Virus record (IMG/VR): IMGVR_UViG_3300033493_000007
Span: 1 to 39,201 of that record
Direction: 5' to 3' (one strand)
DNA from: a virus
Taxonomy: Duplodnaviria; Caudoviricetes
Length of the DNA stretch: 39,201 nucleotides
Under the pieces are notes generated by a model. The model was not told the DNA's origin. It was given only the letters and a program-made list of their open reading frames with translations, and searched no databases. The translations under genes were made by a program, and so were the position numbers. This document shows, piece after piece, positions 16,598 to 25,654 of the stretch (position 1 is the stretch's first letter; each line of letters opens with the position of its first letter).

Positions 16598-17197
16598 CTA
16601 CTGAATCATAAGGAATTTGGAAATCACCGGCTGGCGGACAACGAAGTTCAAATGGTGATAGTCTTGGTGACCGCATGAGACGATACCAACGACCTGACCG
16701 TCAAGCCACACAGGTCCACCAGAATTTCCTCCGATAGTAGGTGCGCTGAGGACTTGTTTGTTGAACGACATCCCCTTACGTCCAGAGATGGCAGTCAGAA
16801 AACCTTCGGTCATTACCGGTAGGTCAATTCCGAGTGGATAGCCAGATACTTGCACTCTCGTCCCTTGAAGGGGTTCGTAGGGCGCTATACGTGCTGTTAC
16901 GGGCAACTCGCACGAGGTGTGGAGTAGCATCAAATCCGCCGCCTCATCGACCTTGACCGATGTCCCTATGCATCTGTAATCACCAGTGGAATTGTATACA
17001 CGTATCGGTGTCTCGGAATAGCAATGCCCGGCTGTAAGAATGGAGTTCTTCGCGACGGCAACTCCAGAGCAACTACCTTCGGACGAGACCAGACGAACTG
17101 TGGCTTGGATCTCGGCTTGTTCGACGGTAGGTCGAACGAAGTGACAACCCGTAAACACCAGGCATGCTACTAGGAGAGCCCTCACGTCAAGCCCCAC
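16598..17197 (-). CDS. Trypsin-like serine protease, probable lipoprotein
   Basis: LTAGHC, DLMLL and GNSGGP triad motifs; N-terminal hydrophobic stretch ending VFTGC (lipobox-like). Confidence 0.85.
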   Translation of the reverse strand: MGLDVRALLVACLVFTGCHFVRPTVEQAEIQATVRLVSSEGSCSGVAVAKNSILTAGHCYSETPIRVYNSTGDYRCIGTSVKVDEAADLMLLHTSCELPVTARIAPYEPLQGTRVQVSGYPLGIDLPVMTEGFLTAISGRKGMSFNKQVLSAPTIGGNSGGPVWLDGQVVGIVSCGHQDYHHLNFVVRQPVISKFLMIQ

Positions 17198-17742
17198 TGC
17201 GCGCGTCGAAGCCAGTTGTTCCTGAATTTGGCGTTTGCTGGGCGCGCGGCAATTATGCTCTCATAGTAATCCGCCATTACCACTGACATCGCCTTCACGA
17301 ACTTTCGGGAGTCCAGCGCATTGACGGCGCCGAATGTCATCGGTCCGAACGCGCCATCGACGATCAGTTTACCTGGCGTGAGAGTGTTGACAGCGCCTTG
17401 GACGATCTTGGCAGCCCGCTTAGGTCCACAATTCACAGCACAATCGAACACCTTCGTAGCAGCCGTTTGGTCGAGGATAGCGCCGAAGCCGTATTTGTTC
17501 CAAAAGAATCTACAGTAGAGGTCCTGGGCGGTCGCCTTGGTCATCTTCTTGAGGCACCCAGGGAAGAATGCTGGGATATCGAGTCCGAGGTCTTGGGGCG
17601 TCATCTTCTCGGCTTTGATCATGAGCATCGAAATGCCCCAGCATGTCTCCCCACCACGGTCGGCAGGGTCGTCTACCCAGAAGTTGGTGTCGGTACCTTC
17701 GTGGGACATGATGACCGGGATTGCCGCTTCAAATGTGCTCAT
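17182..17742 (-). CDS. Endolysin, glycoside hydrolase family 108 with C-terminal peptidoglycan-binding domain
   Basis: HEG...DDPADRGGET.WGIS, FDCAVNCG, VDG.FGP.T and F..NWL.R motifs. Confidence 0.9.
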   Translation of the reverse strand: MSTFEAAIPVIMSHEGTDTNFWVDDPADRGGETCWGISMLMIKAEKMTPQDLGLDIPAFFPGCLKKMTKATAQDLYCRFFWNKYGFGAILDQTAATKVFDCAVNCGPKRAAKIVQGAVNTLTPGKLIVDGAFGPMTFGAVNALDSRKFVKAMSVVMADYYESIIAARPANAKFRNNWLRRAQWGLT

Positions 17743-18140
17743 CGCTTGCCACCATTCTTACGCATGTATGCCAGGTACTCTTCCTTGGCAATCAGAATTT
17801 CTTCTGGGTTCATCGAATCGGATGCGAACATGTCCATATCCATGTCGGCGAGTTCCTGGTCATCGGTCAATTGACTTGGGTGAACCACCTGGCAATCCCC
17901 CTCGTTTACGACGGCGTTGCGATTAAACAAGCCGCTGATGCCGCATGCACGATCCTTCTTGACTTCACGGGCTACTTGATTGAAGCCACCAAGGATTTGA
18001 GTTGAGGTGTGTGTCGTGCCAGGTGATACAAGGACCTTCAAGCATGCTACTTGGAGTGCGTCGCCGGTTAGATTCTTCTGGAAGTACTTGATGGCTTTGG
18101 TCTGGCTATCGGTCAGTGTCATTGTCTTGCGTGTGGTCAT
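17739..18140 (-). CDS. Small sigma70 region-2-like protein lacking region 4 (putative late transcription factor)
   Basis: DALQVACLKVL resembles region 2.2 (D..Q.A.LK); NPEEILIAKEE resembles the pre-region-4 linker; weak similarity judged by eye. Confidence 0.4.
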   Translation of the reverse strand: MTTRKTMTLTDSQTKAIKYFQKNLTGDALQVACLKVLVSPGTTHTSTQILGGFNQVAREVKKDRACGISGLFNRNAVVNEGDCQVVHPSQLTDDQELADMDMDMFASDSMNPEEILIAKEEYLAYMRKNGGKR

Positions 18141-18197
18141 TGTGGACTCCGTTGATTGTTGCTGCGTTCTCTGGTAAGGTTGCGACGCCTAAGTTCC

Positions 18198-18206
18198 ATT
18201 GTAACA
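18198..18206 (-). promoter_or_regulatory. Extended -10 promoter TGtTACAAT for the sigma-like/lysis genes
   Basis: Minus-strand TGn-TACAAT ~57 nt upstream of ATG 18140 (GGAG SD). Confidence 0.5.
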
Positions 18207-18222
18207 TAGTCGCCGTGGGGAC

Positions 18223-18251
18223 TTGACATCTGATCTTAAACTCGATACGGT
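18223..18251 (+). promoter_or_regulatory. Sigma70 promoter TTGACA-N17-TACGGT, leaderless to ATG 18259
   Basis: ATG 7 nt after the -10 box. Confidence 0.6.
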
Positions 18252-18258
18252 GATCTGT

Positions 18259-18801
18259 ATGACGATTTCATTCGGCGACGAGAGACTGCCTGCGAGGTTT
18301 TGGGCTAAGGTGCGGATTTCTCATTATCCGTGTCAGCGCCCTGAGGTTGATACCAGGTGCTGGATTTGGATAGGGAGCCTTAACGCATCTGGATATGGGA
18401 TGTTGCATTGGGAGAAGAAGAGCGTCCTGTCTCATAGACTGGCGTATCTATCGTTGGTGAGTCCGATTCCAGAAGGTTTGCAATGCGATCACCAGTGCTG
18501 GTGTAGATATTGCTGTAACCCAAACCACATACGCCTGGCTACCCCACAACAGAACTCTGACAATATAAGTCAAATCGGAAGAGAGAGGCATAGAGTAAGC
18601 AGTTGCCGTAGCGGCAAACTCGGAGGCAGGCTTCGTTCAGGTGAAGCTCATGGTCGGGCGAAACTGGTAGAACGAGATGTTCTTGAGATCCGAAGGCTAT
18701 ACGTAAATGGACTGTCCTATCAAGAACTTTCTGTTCAGTTCTACGTAAGCCAGTCTCAAATATCGCGCATTGTCAAGAGAGAGCAGTGGGATCATATTTG
18801 A
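18259..18801 (+). CDS. HNH homing endonuclease with C-terminal HTH
   Basis: RFWAKV, CWIWIG....GYG, HRLAY, CDH.C....CCNP.H and GEAHGRAKL motifs; inserted antisense to the late operon. Confidence 0.9.
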   Translation: MTISFGDERLPARFWAKVRISHYPCQRPEVDTRCWIWIGSLNASGYGMLHWEKKSVLSHRLAYLSLVSPIPEGLQCDHQCWCRYCCNPNHIRLATPQQNSDNISQIGRERHRVSSCRSGKLGGRLRSGEAHGRAKLVERDVLEIRRLYVNGLSYQELSVQFYVSQSQISRIVKREQWDHI

Positions 18802-20304
18802 TTATCTCCAGACCGACTTGTCGGCTTCAACTCCAGCCCAAAAGTCATCTGCCCTGCAGTATTGGATCACCGCATGCGCTAGGGCGTCTACCGCGTCATC
18901 GTACTTAGCCCGCGGGAACGTGGTGCACTCGAGTAGGAAGTCTTCCACCGTCCTCGACGTCGATTGGAATGCCTCCGGTAGAACGATGCAGCCACCTTGG
19001 ATGGAAGGGGATGCGGCTGAGACTCGAGCCTCTTTCGAATCCTTGGCTTCGACCTCATGCAACGGCAGACCGTAGCCGATCTCAGACCGGAGTTGGCTTA
19101 TAATAGCGTCACCGTTCGCCTTTGCCTCAATGGCGAGTTCAGTAGCTTTCCATTTTGTGGCTAATTTCTTGAGAGTGGCAACCGTGGCTACGAAGTCGAG
19201 CTGATCCCAAGCCATGTCGAGCACGTACAACCGAGCCTTCAAGACACCAGCCACGAGCATAGCGACGCGATCGTTCTTGGGTCCCCCACGGAACGCGGCG
19301 TCAACCACGATGGCAATCCGCTCGAATTTGGAGGGAGTAGCCTCACAACCTGGGGTGTTAAACGAACTGTGACGGGCACTGAGCCACTCTCGACGTAGCA
19401 TACCGCCACCGACCGGGATTGGGGCTTGCTGTTGTTGACTGGCGTACCCAAAATCTCCCAACTCGCGCTTGGCTTCTTCATTCTCTTTGGGACCAAACCC
19501 GTAGCGAACCAGAAGTTCACCTGGCTCCTTGCGTGGGTCCTCAAAGACCACAACCCCTTTATCGTCACGGATGACGCACTTGTTCGCCGGATCGTATTCG
19601 GTTGGAAGAAACAAGTGTTGCCAGTCGCCCATCTCAAGTGCAACCGCGCTGATATCCTCGGTATGGAGCCGCTGTGAAATTACGATCCGAATGGCTTCCG
19701 ACTGGTTCCGGAATCGGTTCCCCATCGTCTCTTTGAACCAGACCTTGGCGGCATGCCGCTTGGCTTCGCTCCTGGCATCGTCAACCGTGAGGGGGTCATC
19801 CACGATTTGAGCCGTCGCGCGCTTACCAGTTCCATTGCCGACTGAAACACCAATCCGCTCTCCACCTTTGTCGTTCTTCCGGTATTGAAGCGAATCCATG
19901 TCGGGACAGAATTTGAAGCAGTCCCCATACAACTCTTGGTAGAGCGGGCTCAGAATCAAATCGTGCCAACGCTGGCTATCTCTTCGGACCAAATCGAGTG
20001 AAGCTGAAGATGTCATCAACGCCCAACTGGGATCTCGAGTCCATTCCCACGCGCCCCAGAAAACCGACGCCAAGAGCGACTTGCTCGCCCCTGGTGGCAC
20101 CGACATCACCAATTTGCGGATGCGCCCTTCAGACACCGCCTGAAGGCACGAACAAATTGCTTCCATGTGCCAACCCCATTGGAGCGGGCTAGGATCGATT
20201 TGGCTCCACATCGCCTGGACAAAGAGCGAGAATTTAGCACGTAGGATCCCGGCTCGAAGTTGAGTCGGGGTAGCCTTGGACAGGACTTCTTGGATGGTAG
20301 CCAC
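18802..20304 (-). CDS. terL: Terminase large subunit
   Basis: W..GWH, SVPPGASKS Walker A, IVDDP Walker B, QRLH.ED, IEAKANG and DDAVDA nuclease motif. Confidence 0.95.
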   Translation of the reverse strand: MATIQEVLSKATPTQLRAGILRAKFSLFVQAMWSQIDPSPLQWGWHMEAICSCLQAVSEGRIRKLVMSVPPGASKSLLASVFWGAWEWTRDPSWALMTSSASLDLVRRDSQRWHDLILSPLYQELYGDCFKFCPDMDSLQYRKNDKGGERIGVSVGNGTGKRATAQIVDDPLTVDDARSEAKRHAAKVWFKETMGNRFRNQSEAIRIVISQRLHTEDISAVALEMGDWQHLFLPTEYDPANKCVIRDDKGVVVFEDPRKEPGELLVRYGFGPKENEEAKRELGDFGYASQQQQAPIPVGGGMLRREWLSARHSSFNTPGCEATPSKFERIAIVVDAAFRGGPKNDRVAMLVAGVLKARLYVLDMAWDQLDFVATVATLKKLATKWKATELAIEAKANGDAIISQLRSEIGYGLPLHEVEAKDSKEARVSAASPSIQGGCIVLPEAFQSTSRTVEDFLLECTTFPRAKYDDAVDALAHAVIQYCRADDFWAGVEADKSVWR

Positions 20305-20306
20305 GA

Positions 20307-20591
20307 CTACTCCAAGGTAGCAAGCATCGTCGCCAGTATGTCTGCTGGAAGTGCTGCCAGTGCCTTGTCGACTGACGATTGTTCCACCTTGACCGTCGAA
20401 GCGACCTTTGCTTCCACGTGGCTGACGGCTTTCCCGCGGGCTCGATCCAGAATTTCCTTGGCAGCATTCAGGCGAACACCTGGCGATGCTTCTGGATCGT
20501 CACGGATGGCGATGATCCGTTTCAACGAAGGCAGGGTCTGTGACTCCAAGACGGACTGGTAGTCAGGAGATGGTAGTGTCTTGCGTGCCAT
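20307..20591 (-). CDS. Probable terminase small subunit
   Basis: 94 aa immediately upstream of terL; VRLNAAKEILDRARGK motif. Confidence 0.6.
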   Translation of the reverse strand: MARKTLPSPDYQSVLESQTLPSLKRIIAIRDDPEASPGVRLNAAKEILDRARGKAVSHVEAKVASTVKVEQSSVDKALAALPADILATMLATLE

Positions 20592-20869
20592 TACGACACC
20601 TGGATCTCAATGTAGTGCGGCGTCTTGCCTGTCGTGTATGCCGTCAGTGTGACGACCTGAGTATTTTGGTTCAGGTTGATAGTCGGCGCCGGGCTCTCCC
20701 GAAGGTAGCCGCTTGCAATAGCAGTTGCCGCAGTAGTCCGAACAATCGTGTCGAGAGCCCATATCCGGGTGTCACGGGCTGGGATATTGGCGACAGCACT
20801 GTCGATAGCTGCTGTCAGTTTATCCAAAGAGAAGATGTCAAGAGTGATGTTCTTAGTTATATTTGTCAT
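20591..20869 (-). CDS. Hypothetical protein
   Basis: AGGAG SD; TAATG coupling to the next gene. Confidence 0.7.
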   Translation of the reverse strand: MTNITKNITLDIFSLDKLTAAIDSAVANIPARDTRIWALDTIVRTTAATAIASGYLRESPAPTINLNQNTQVVTLTAYTTGKTPHYIEIQVS

Positions 20870-20896
20870 GTGTTGCTCCTACTGGTTATCAATCGA

Positions 20897-22192
20897 TTAA
20901 TCGCTAAATGCTACTGTATGCCATCCTGTATCCGTGCAAACCCGAAGAGTGTGGGTCGTTGAAGAGTAGTACATCTGACCTTCAACGGATGACGACGGGA
21001 TCTCTTGTGGGACCAGGCGGAGGGCGGATTTGGTGGTGTTACCAGAGAACTCTCCACCGTGACCTGTGGTAGATGAACCAAAGACACCGCTACCAGCCGA
21101 ACTGAACCCATCGATACCATAGGTCGAACCGTTGCCGTAGACGCCACGGGTACCGCCGGAGCCATACAGACCAGTTACGGCACAAAACCCCTGGACTCCA
21201 AATGTAGCTCCAGTTCCGTAAACTCCTACGCCGGCTGCTGATTCACCGTAAACGCCAGCCGCGCTCGATGTACAAGCCCCGTAAACACCGTTCCGGAACG
21301 TACTTCCGCTGCTCGCCCAAACGCCACCGTCGCCATCGAAGTAGCCGCCGTACCCGCCACCAGAGCAGTGTCCTCTGACACCGTATTGCTTACCTTCACC
21401 AAAGACACCAACCCTAGCTCCAGTCCCGCCTCCGTTGGCAGCACCGTAGACGCCGTAGTTGTCGGTTGCGTCAGTATCTCGAGTGCTGACGCCTTTGACT
21501 CCGTAGCCGCCTGTACATGTGGCGTCTACACCCGCGACGGCACCAGTAACGAAGGCTCCATAGTCACCGCCGGAGCCCTTGAGGGCGATCCCAGTGCCAA
21601 CTCCCTCAACACCGATTCCGCCTGAGCCCTTAACTCCGGTACCGTTCGCCGCCTCGCCGGACACGCCCAACCCATTGGTTCCAGAACAATACCCATAAAC
21701 ACCAGACATCCAGGGCGCCGAGGCAAGTCCACGGACACCTGTACCCGAACTCGAACTACCTTCTACGCCTGTACCCGAACTCGAACTGCCTTCTACGCCA
21801 ATTCCCGTGCTGGAAACACCTTCAACACCCCCGCCGCTAGTCGATGCAGTCCCTTGAACGCCTACACCTGTCGACGTAGTTCCTGAAATCGTGACACCCG
21901 TCGACTTGTTGGCAGTCAAACCTAAAGCGAACGAGTTGGTTCCGGTCCAAATGTTGTTGGAAGCCAGCAAGTTGGAGCCGATGAAACTCAAATCGTCGGC
22001 AATACCACCTTCGCCAATGGTAGTCCTGGACACATACTGGCACCAGTCCGTCACGTTCTTGAACAAGTAATTGAAGTGACTCGAAGCCGGCTCCGCATTC
22101 AGCGCCCAACCAGCCGCGATTTGCCCAGCCGTAGGAGCGGGGGTGATGTTGGAGTTGCTTGAATCCCAAAGAACTAGTGTTGGCTTTGACAT
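20897..22192 (-). CDS. Tail fibre protein with Gly-rich GV.G repeats
   Basis: N-terminal GW.....P...FNYL baseplate-attachment motif; follows the baseplate genes; 9-10-aa GVxG repeats. Confidence 0.8.
   Translation of the reverse strand: MSKPTLVLWDSSNSNITPAPTAGQIAAGWALNAEPASSHFNYLFKNVTDWCQYVSRTTIGEGGIADDLSFIGSNLLASNNIWTGTNSFALGLTANKSTGVTISGTTSTGVGVQGTASTSGGGVEGVSSTGIGVEGSSSSGTGVEGSSSSGTGVRGLASAPWMSGVYGYCSGTNGLGVSGEAANGTGVKGSGGIGVEGVGTGIALKGSGGDYGAFVTGAVAGVDATCTGGYGVKGVSTRDTDATDNYGVYGAANGGGTGARVGVFGEGKQYGVRGHCSGGGYGGYFDGDGGVWASSGSTFRNGVYGACTSSAAGVYGESAAGVGVYGTGATFGVQGFCAVTGLYGSGGTRGVYGNGSTYGIDGFSSAGSGVFGSSTTGHGGEFSGNTTKSALRLVPQEIPSSSVEGQMYYSSTTHTLRVCTDTGWHTVAFSD
21738..21797. repeat. 30-bp tandem duplication in the tail fibre (GVEGSSSSGT x2)
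   Basis: 29/30 identical units. Confidence 0.85.
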
Positions 22193-22201
22193 GGTATTCC
22201 T

Positions 22202-22882
22202 TTATGCGTAGATGACAGAATCAATGAGCGAGTACATTCCGCCAGTATCAAAATGTGCACCGTTTCTTCCGTCGAAAGCGAAGCACGGACCGTCGTCAGT
22301 TGAACGGGGGATTTCTGGAAGAGTCCCTCCAGTTAAGTATGCCCGTTCACGTAAATCGAATCCGAAGGTCAGAGTAGTCGTGGCGTCTGCCATCGAGAGC
22401 AGCAACCCCATACACTTATTGACTTCGGACAATGTATCGATGGATTGTCCAGCATCGGTGCTGGACTCCAATGTGACGCTCAACGAGTCTTGGTGTGTTC
22501 CGAACCGAGAAGGACCTGTTTCGTTCGAAGTCATTCCAACGGCTGGTGCTCCATATACAAGCCCAGCAACATAGAGCAAGTCGTCAAGGTTGCCAGACGA
22601 TTTACATGCGCGGGCATACGCCTGACCCCATACAATGACGGAAGCATCAGTTTCGCCAGCCCCGCGGTTGTAGCCGAAACTGGCAGCCAGGCGCGTCAGT
22701 GGATCGTTGATGGTAGCCAGGGGGTTATCGGTCGTAAACGAGAAACGCGCAGCCTGGACAGCCAACAACGCGTCATCCAACGGCTGGAACCTGGTGCCGA
22801 CAATGTCGACCCAAGCCAACGTATCGACCATCGATCGAAATTTGGAGTACAATTCAGAAGCTGCGAGCGTTATTCGATTCAT
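22202..22882 (-). CDS. Baseplate wedge protein (DUF2612 / P2 gpI-like position)
   Basis: Between baseplate J and the fibre; R..GETD motif. Confidence 0.6.
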   Translation of the reverse strand: MNRITLAASELYSKFRSMVDTLAWVDIVGTRFQPLDDALLAVQAARFSFTTDNPLATINDPLTRLAASFGYNRGAGETDASVIVWGQAYARACKSSGNLDDLLYVAGLVYGAPAVGMTSNETGPSRFGTHQDSLSVTLESSTDAGQSIDTLSEVNKCMGLLLSMADATTTLTFGFDLRERAYLTGGTLPEIPRSTDDGPCFAFDGRNGAHFDTGGMYSLIDSVIYA

Positions 22883-24075
22883 TACTCAGCCACCGTAGTT
22901 AACACAACACTAACTCGAGTTGGGTCCAACAAGACCTTCTGGCGGAAATTGGCGACGATGCTGGAGGAAATACCGGTGTAACCAGGGGTTGGTGTTCCAG
23001 TCGAAGACGAGACCCAAACTGACGTCACGTTGCACACGGAAGTATCAACATCGAAGATGGTACGAACGAATGACGATGAATGGACATCTTGACCAGCCGT
23101 AAAGACTCTGGAGGCAATCGCGTTTTGAATCAACGTCGCCAGTCCGGTGGGTTGCGGGATGGTGGCTTCGACTGCAACCGTGACGTACGAGGGCAAGTCA
23201 ATCGGTCGAGTGAAGGGGATTGTATGGGCACCATCTGTGCCGGTAGCAACACCCGACGTCAACCCCTGGATGCCCGCGCCTGCTGCTGCGTTGTCGTAAA
23301 TAGCCTGGGCGAGATCATCAGACGTTCCCCCGGTAACCACGACTTCGAATGTATGGGGTGCAACTCCGTTGGCGTCAGTCGTATTCGTCCGGTTGTTGTA
23401 GATCTTGGCATCAGTCACGTTGGTAACCGCCAGAACACCGGCAAGCAGACCTTCGGTAGATGCGCCGGCGGGAAGTCGGAGACCTGCCGTGTAACGTTGC
23501 TTCAGTTCGGCGTCGGTTTCAACGTTGGTTCCAACTTGGTGGGCTTCTGCCGCATTCGCGATTGACTCGAGTCCGGTCAATGGGGTTACGATGATGGCAC
23601 CGTGGCTAACCGAATCGTAGTCATTGATGTTGATGGTGAACGGACCGGTATCGACAGCGGCACAATCAACATCAACGACACCGGCACCAACAACCACCAC
23701 ATCCGCCTTCGGGGCAACTTGGATGCCCGCCGAGTTAGCGAACCGCATCGACGTAGAGATCGTGCAAGCACCCGAGCAGGTCGCCTGGATAACAACTTCA
23801 GAACTCGTAGCGGGCTTCCGGTACGCCCCAAGAAGAGCAACGGCATTGTCCAAAGACACACCCTCGGACGTATTGACGTATGAGTTGTCGTAAACAGCCT
23901 GACCCATGTCCCAGTCGGTGCCAATCTGGTCGGTCAAGATGGCGATTTGGGCGCCGAACCACGAGTCTGGTCCAACGTTGATTTGCTGTCCGTACTTCGC
24001 CTTGAATGCGAGTTCCAAGGCAGTCTGGATATCGGCTCGAGAAGGGCTAGGAAAACCTGCGGCAAGTAGACCCAC
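22882..24075 (-). CDS. Baseplate J-like protein
   Basis: EG.SLD...L.G.YR.PAT, GTNVETDAELKQR and N.T..TDANG..PH..EVVV.GG motifs. Confidence 0.9.
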   Translation of the reverse strand: MGLLAAGFPSPSRADIQTALELAFKAKYGQQINVGPDSWFGAQIAILTDQIGTDWDMGQAVYDNSYVNTSEGVSLDNAVALLGAYRKPATSSEVVIQATCSGACTISTSMRFANSAGIQVAPKADVVVVGAGVVDVDCAAVDTGPFTININDYDSVSHGAIIVTPLTGLESIANAAEAHQVGTNVETDAELKQRYTAGLRLPAGASTEGLLAGVLAVTNVTDAKIYNNRTNTTDANGVAPHTFEVVVTGGTSDDLAQAIYDNAAAGAGIQGLTSGVATGTDGAHTIPFTRPIDLPSYVTVAVEATIPQPTGLATLIQNAIASRVFTAGQDVHSSSFVRTIFDVDTSVCNVTSVWVSSSTGTPTPGYTGISSSIVANFRQKVLLDPTRVSVVLTTVAE

Positions 24076-24076
24076 G

Positions 24077-24937
24077 TTACACCCCTACTGAAGTTGATAC
24101 GTTGAAAACACCGTCGTTCGATTTGATTTTGGCGGTGACGCGGCAAACACGCGCATTTGAAAGTGAGTACTCAATCGAAGGCACGGCGATTACCCCCTCG
24201 ACTGCCAACAGCGCATTGCGGAAGGTAGCCAGGATGAGTTCACGCGGACGATTCTTGCCGAGGACGCCGTTCCAATAGTCAATCCCATAGCCAGTATCGA
24301 GCCAGTACGTTCCGATGAAAGTATTCAGCGCAATGAGGACGGCTTGCATGACGGCGTTGGTGCCAGTCACGAGAACCAAATCGCCCTTGGATTGAAAGAA
24401 CTTGCCGGTAGCGAAATCGATGTAGATGTCACGACCGACCAAGCCAACGGCTGAACTCGAGCTGGTCGCCGTAGGAGCAACGACAACATCCGGCGCTACG
24501 TAATCAATCGAGCCAGTCAAGTATTCCGGATTGCAACCGGTGGTAACCAGGTACACGCATGGACCCGGGGTTGGGAACCAATAAAGTCCACCACCCAAGA
24601 CGCTGACTCCGGGAGAAGCGAGAGGGGCGCCAGACCATTCAGTCAAGCTTACGGTTGGGGTTGCATCGGCTTTGACGGCATCGGCTTGGTCGAACAGCGC
24701 GAAGAAGACACCGTCTCCAACACCACCTTGAACGTACGTGGGGAGAGCCCCCGTGTAAATCAAATACCCTCCGTCTGGATACAAGAACGAATACGATCCG
24801 TTGCTACCCAGGTTGTTGATGGTAGGTGCCCCGATTGGATTACCAAGCGAATCTCTGCCCGCAACAAAGACAGGCGTCACCGAGTTGGTCGGGATGCCGG
24901 ATGAGTTGAAGACTGAAAAGGAGACGGGAGTGGTCAT
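24077..24937 (-). CDS. Sheath-initiator/gp25-like (DUF2634-like) protein with two extra N-terminal repeats
   Basis: C-terminal GDL.LV.G...V.Q.....L.TF.G.YWLD..YGIDY motif; duplicated ~70-aa N-terminal module. Confidence 0.65.
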   Translation of the reverse strand: MTTPVSFSVFNSSGIPTNSVTPVFVAGRDSLGNPIGAPTINNLGSNGSYSFLYPDGGYLIYTGALPTYVQGGVGDGVFFALFDQADAVKADATPTVSLTEWSGAPLASPGVSVLGGGLYWFPTPGPCVYLVTTGCNPEYLTGSIDYVAPDVVVAPTATSSSSAVGLVGRDIYIDFATGKFFQSKGDLVLVTGTNAVMQAVLIALNTFIGTYWLDTGYGIDYWNGVLGKNRPRELILATFRNALLAVEGVIAVPSIEYSLSNARVCRVTAKIKSNDGVFNVSTSVGV

Positions 24938-24955
24938 TACAGTTTAGGTATCGGG
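24938..24955 (-). promoter_or_regulatory. Putative late promoter CCCGATACCTAAAC, leaderless
   Basis: CCGA-TACCTA-AACTGTA-ATG fills the whole intergenic gap; no SD. Confidence 0.65.
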
Positions 24956-25654
24956 CTACTTCGTTTTCACGACTTGGGACGTGTACCCAGCTATCAGGGC
25001 TGTCTCGAGGGCTATTGCTGCTGCATTCGTGGCTGGGTCGGTGCTAGCCTTCAGGGCGGTGATGAATGCATCAAATGCTGCACTGAAGGTAGTCCCCAAG
25101 ATGACCGCCTCGGTAGCCGTTTCTCCGTGCCCAACACCCAATTGAACTGATCCGCCTACCGCGCCGGCAGTGCTAACCGCAATACGTGGAGAGAAGTTAT
25201 CGGTTGGACCTAGGGTGGTCCGGGCGTCATCCCATTGAAGACATCTACGTTGAGCGCCGAATTCAACTCCGGGTCTACGTAAACCGACAATGCAATAACA
25301 GTCGTTGTATGAGTGGGTACGGTCAGACACCGGGGCATTGGTTCCAGTCCACCAGTCATCCAAGGAGCGGTCAGCCCAAAACACAACGCATCCATCACCT
25401 GGACGGATGGGAAAACGCAATCCGTCGGTCGAACTTCCGGCTTCAATTACTGGCACAGAGGTCAGGATTGGAGGAAGCGAGTAGGTTCCATCCGGCATCT
25501 TGCGCTGGACCGTGATGCGGACTTCGGCATACTTGCCATCGTATGTTACGATCTCACCTGGGGCTGATACGTTGAGTTGGTTCATCAACGCCTTGCGCTG
25601 GTTATCAAGAACGTGTGACAGCGTGGGACCTCGGACTGCTTGTTGATTGGACAT
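24956..25654 (-). CDS. Baseplate spike / Gp138-like protein
   Basis: PG.IV.YD, VPV, FPI.PGD.C.V.W.DRS.D.W and R.H...D motifs. Confidence 0.8.
   Translation of the reverse strand: MSNQQAVRGPTLSHVLDNQRKALMNQLNVSAPGEIVTYDGKYAEVRITVQRKMPDGTYSLPPILTSVPVIEAGSSTDGLRFPIRPGDGCVVFWADRSLDDWWTGTNAPVSDRTHSYNDCYCIVGLRRPGVEFGAQRRCLQWDDARTTLGPTDNFSPRIAVSTAGAVGGSVQLGVGHGETATEAVILGTTFSAAFDAFITALKASTDPATNAAAIALETALIAGYTSQVVKTK

Noticed and set aside
20897-22192. Diversity-generating retroelement target
   Set aside because: No reverse transcriptase and no TR/VR pair with adenine-specific mismatches seen
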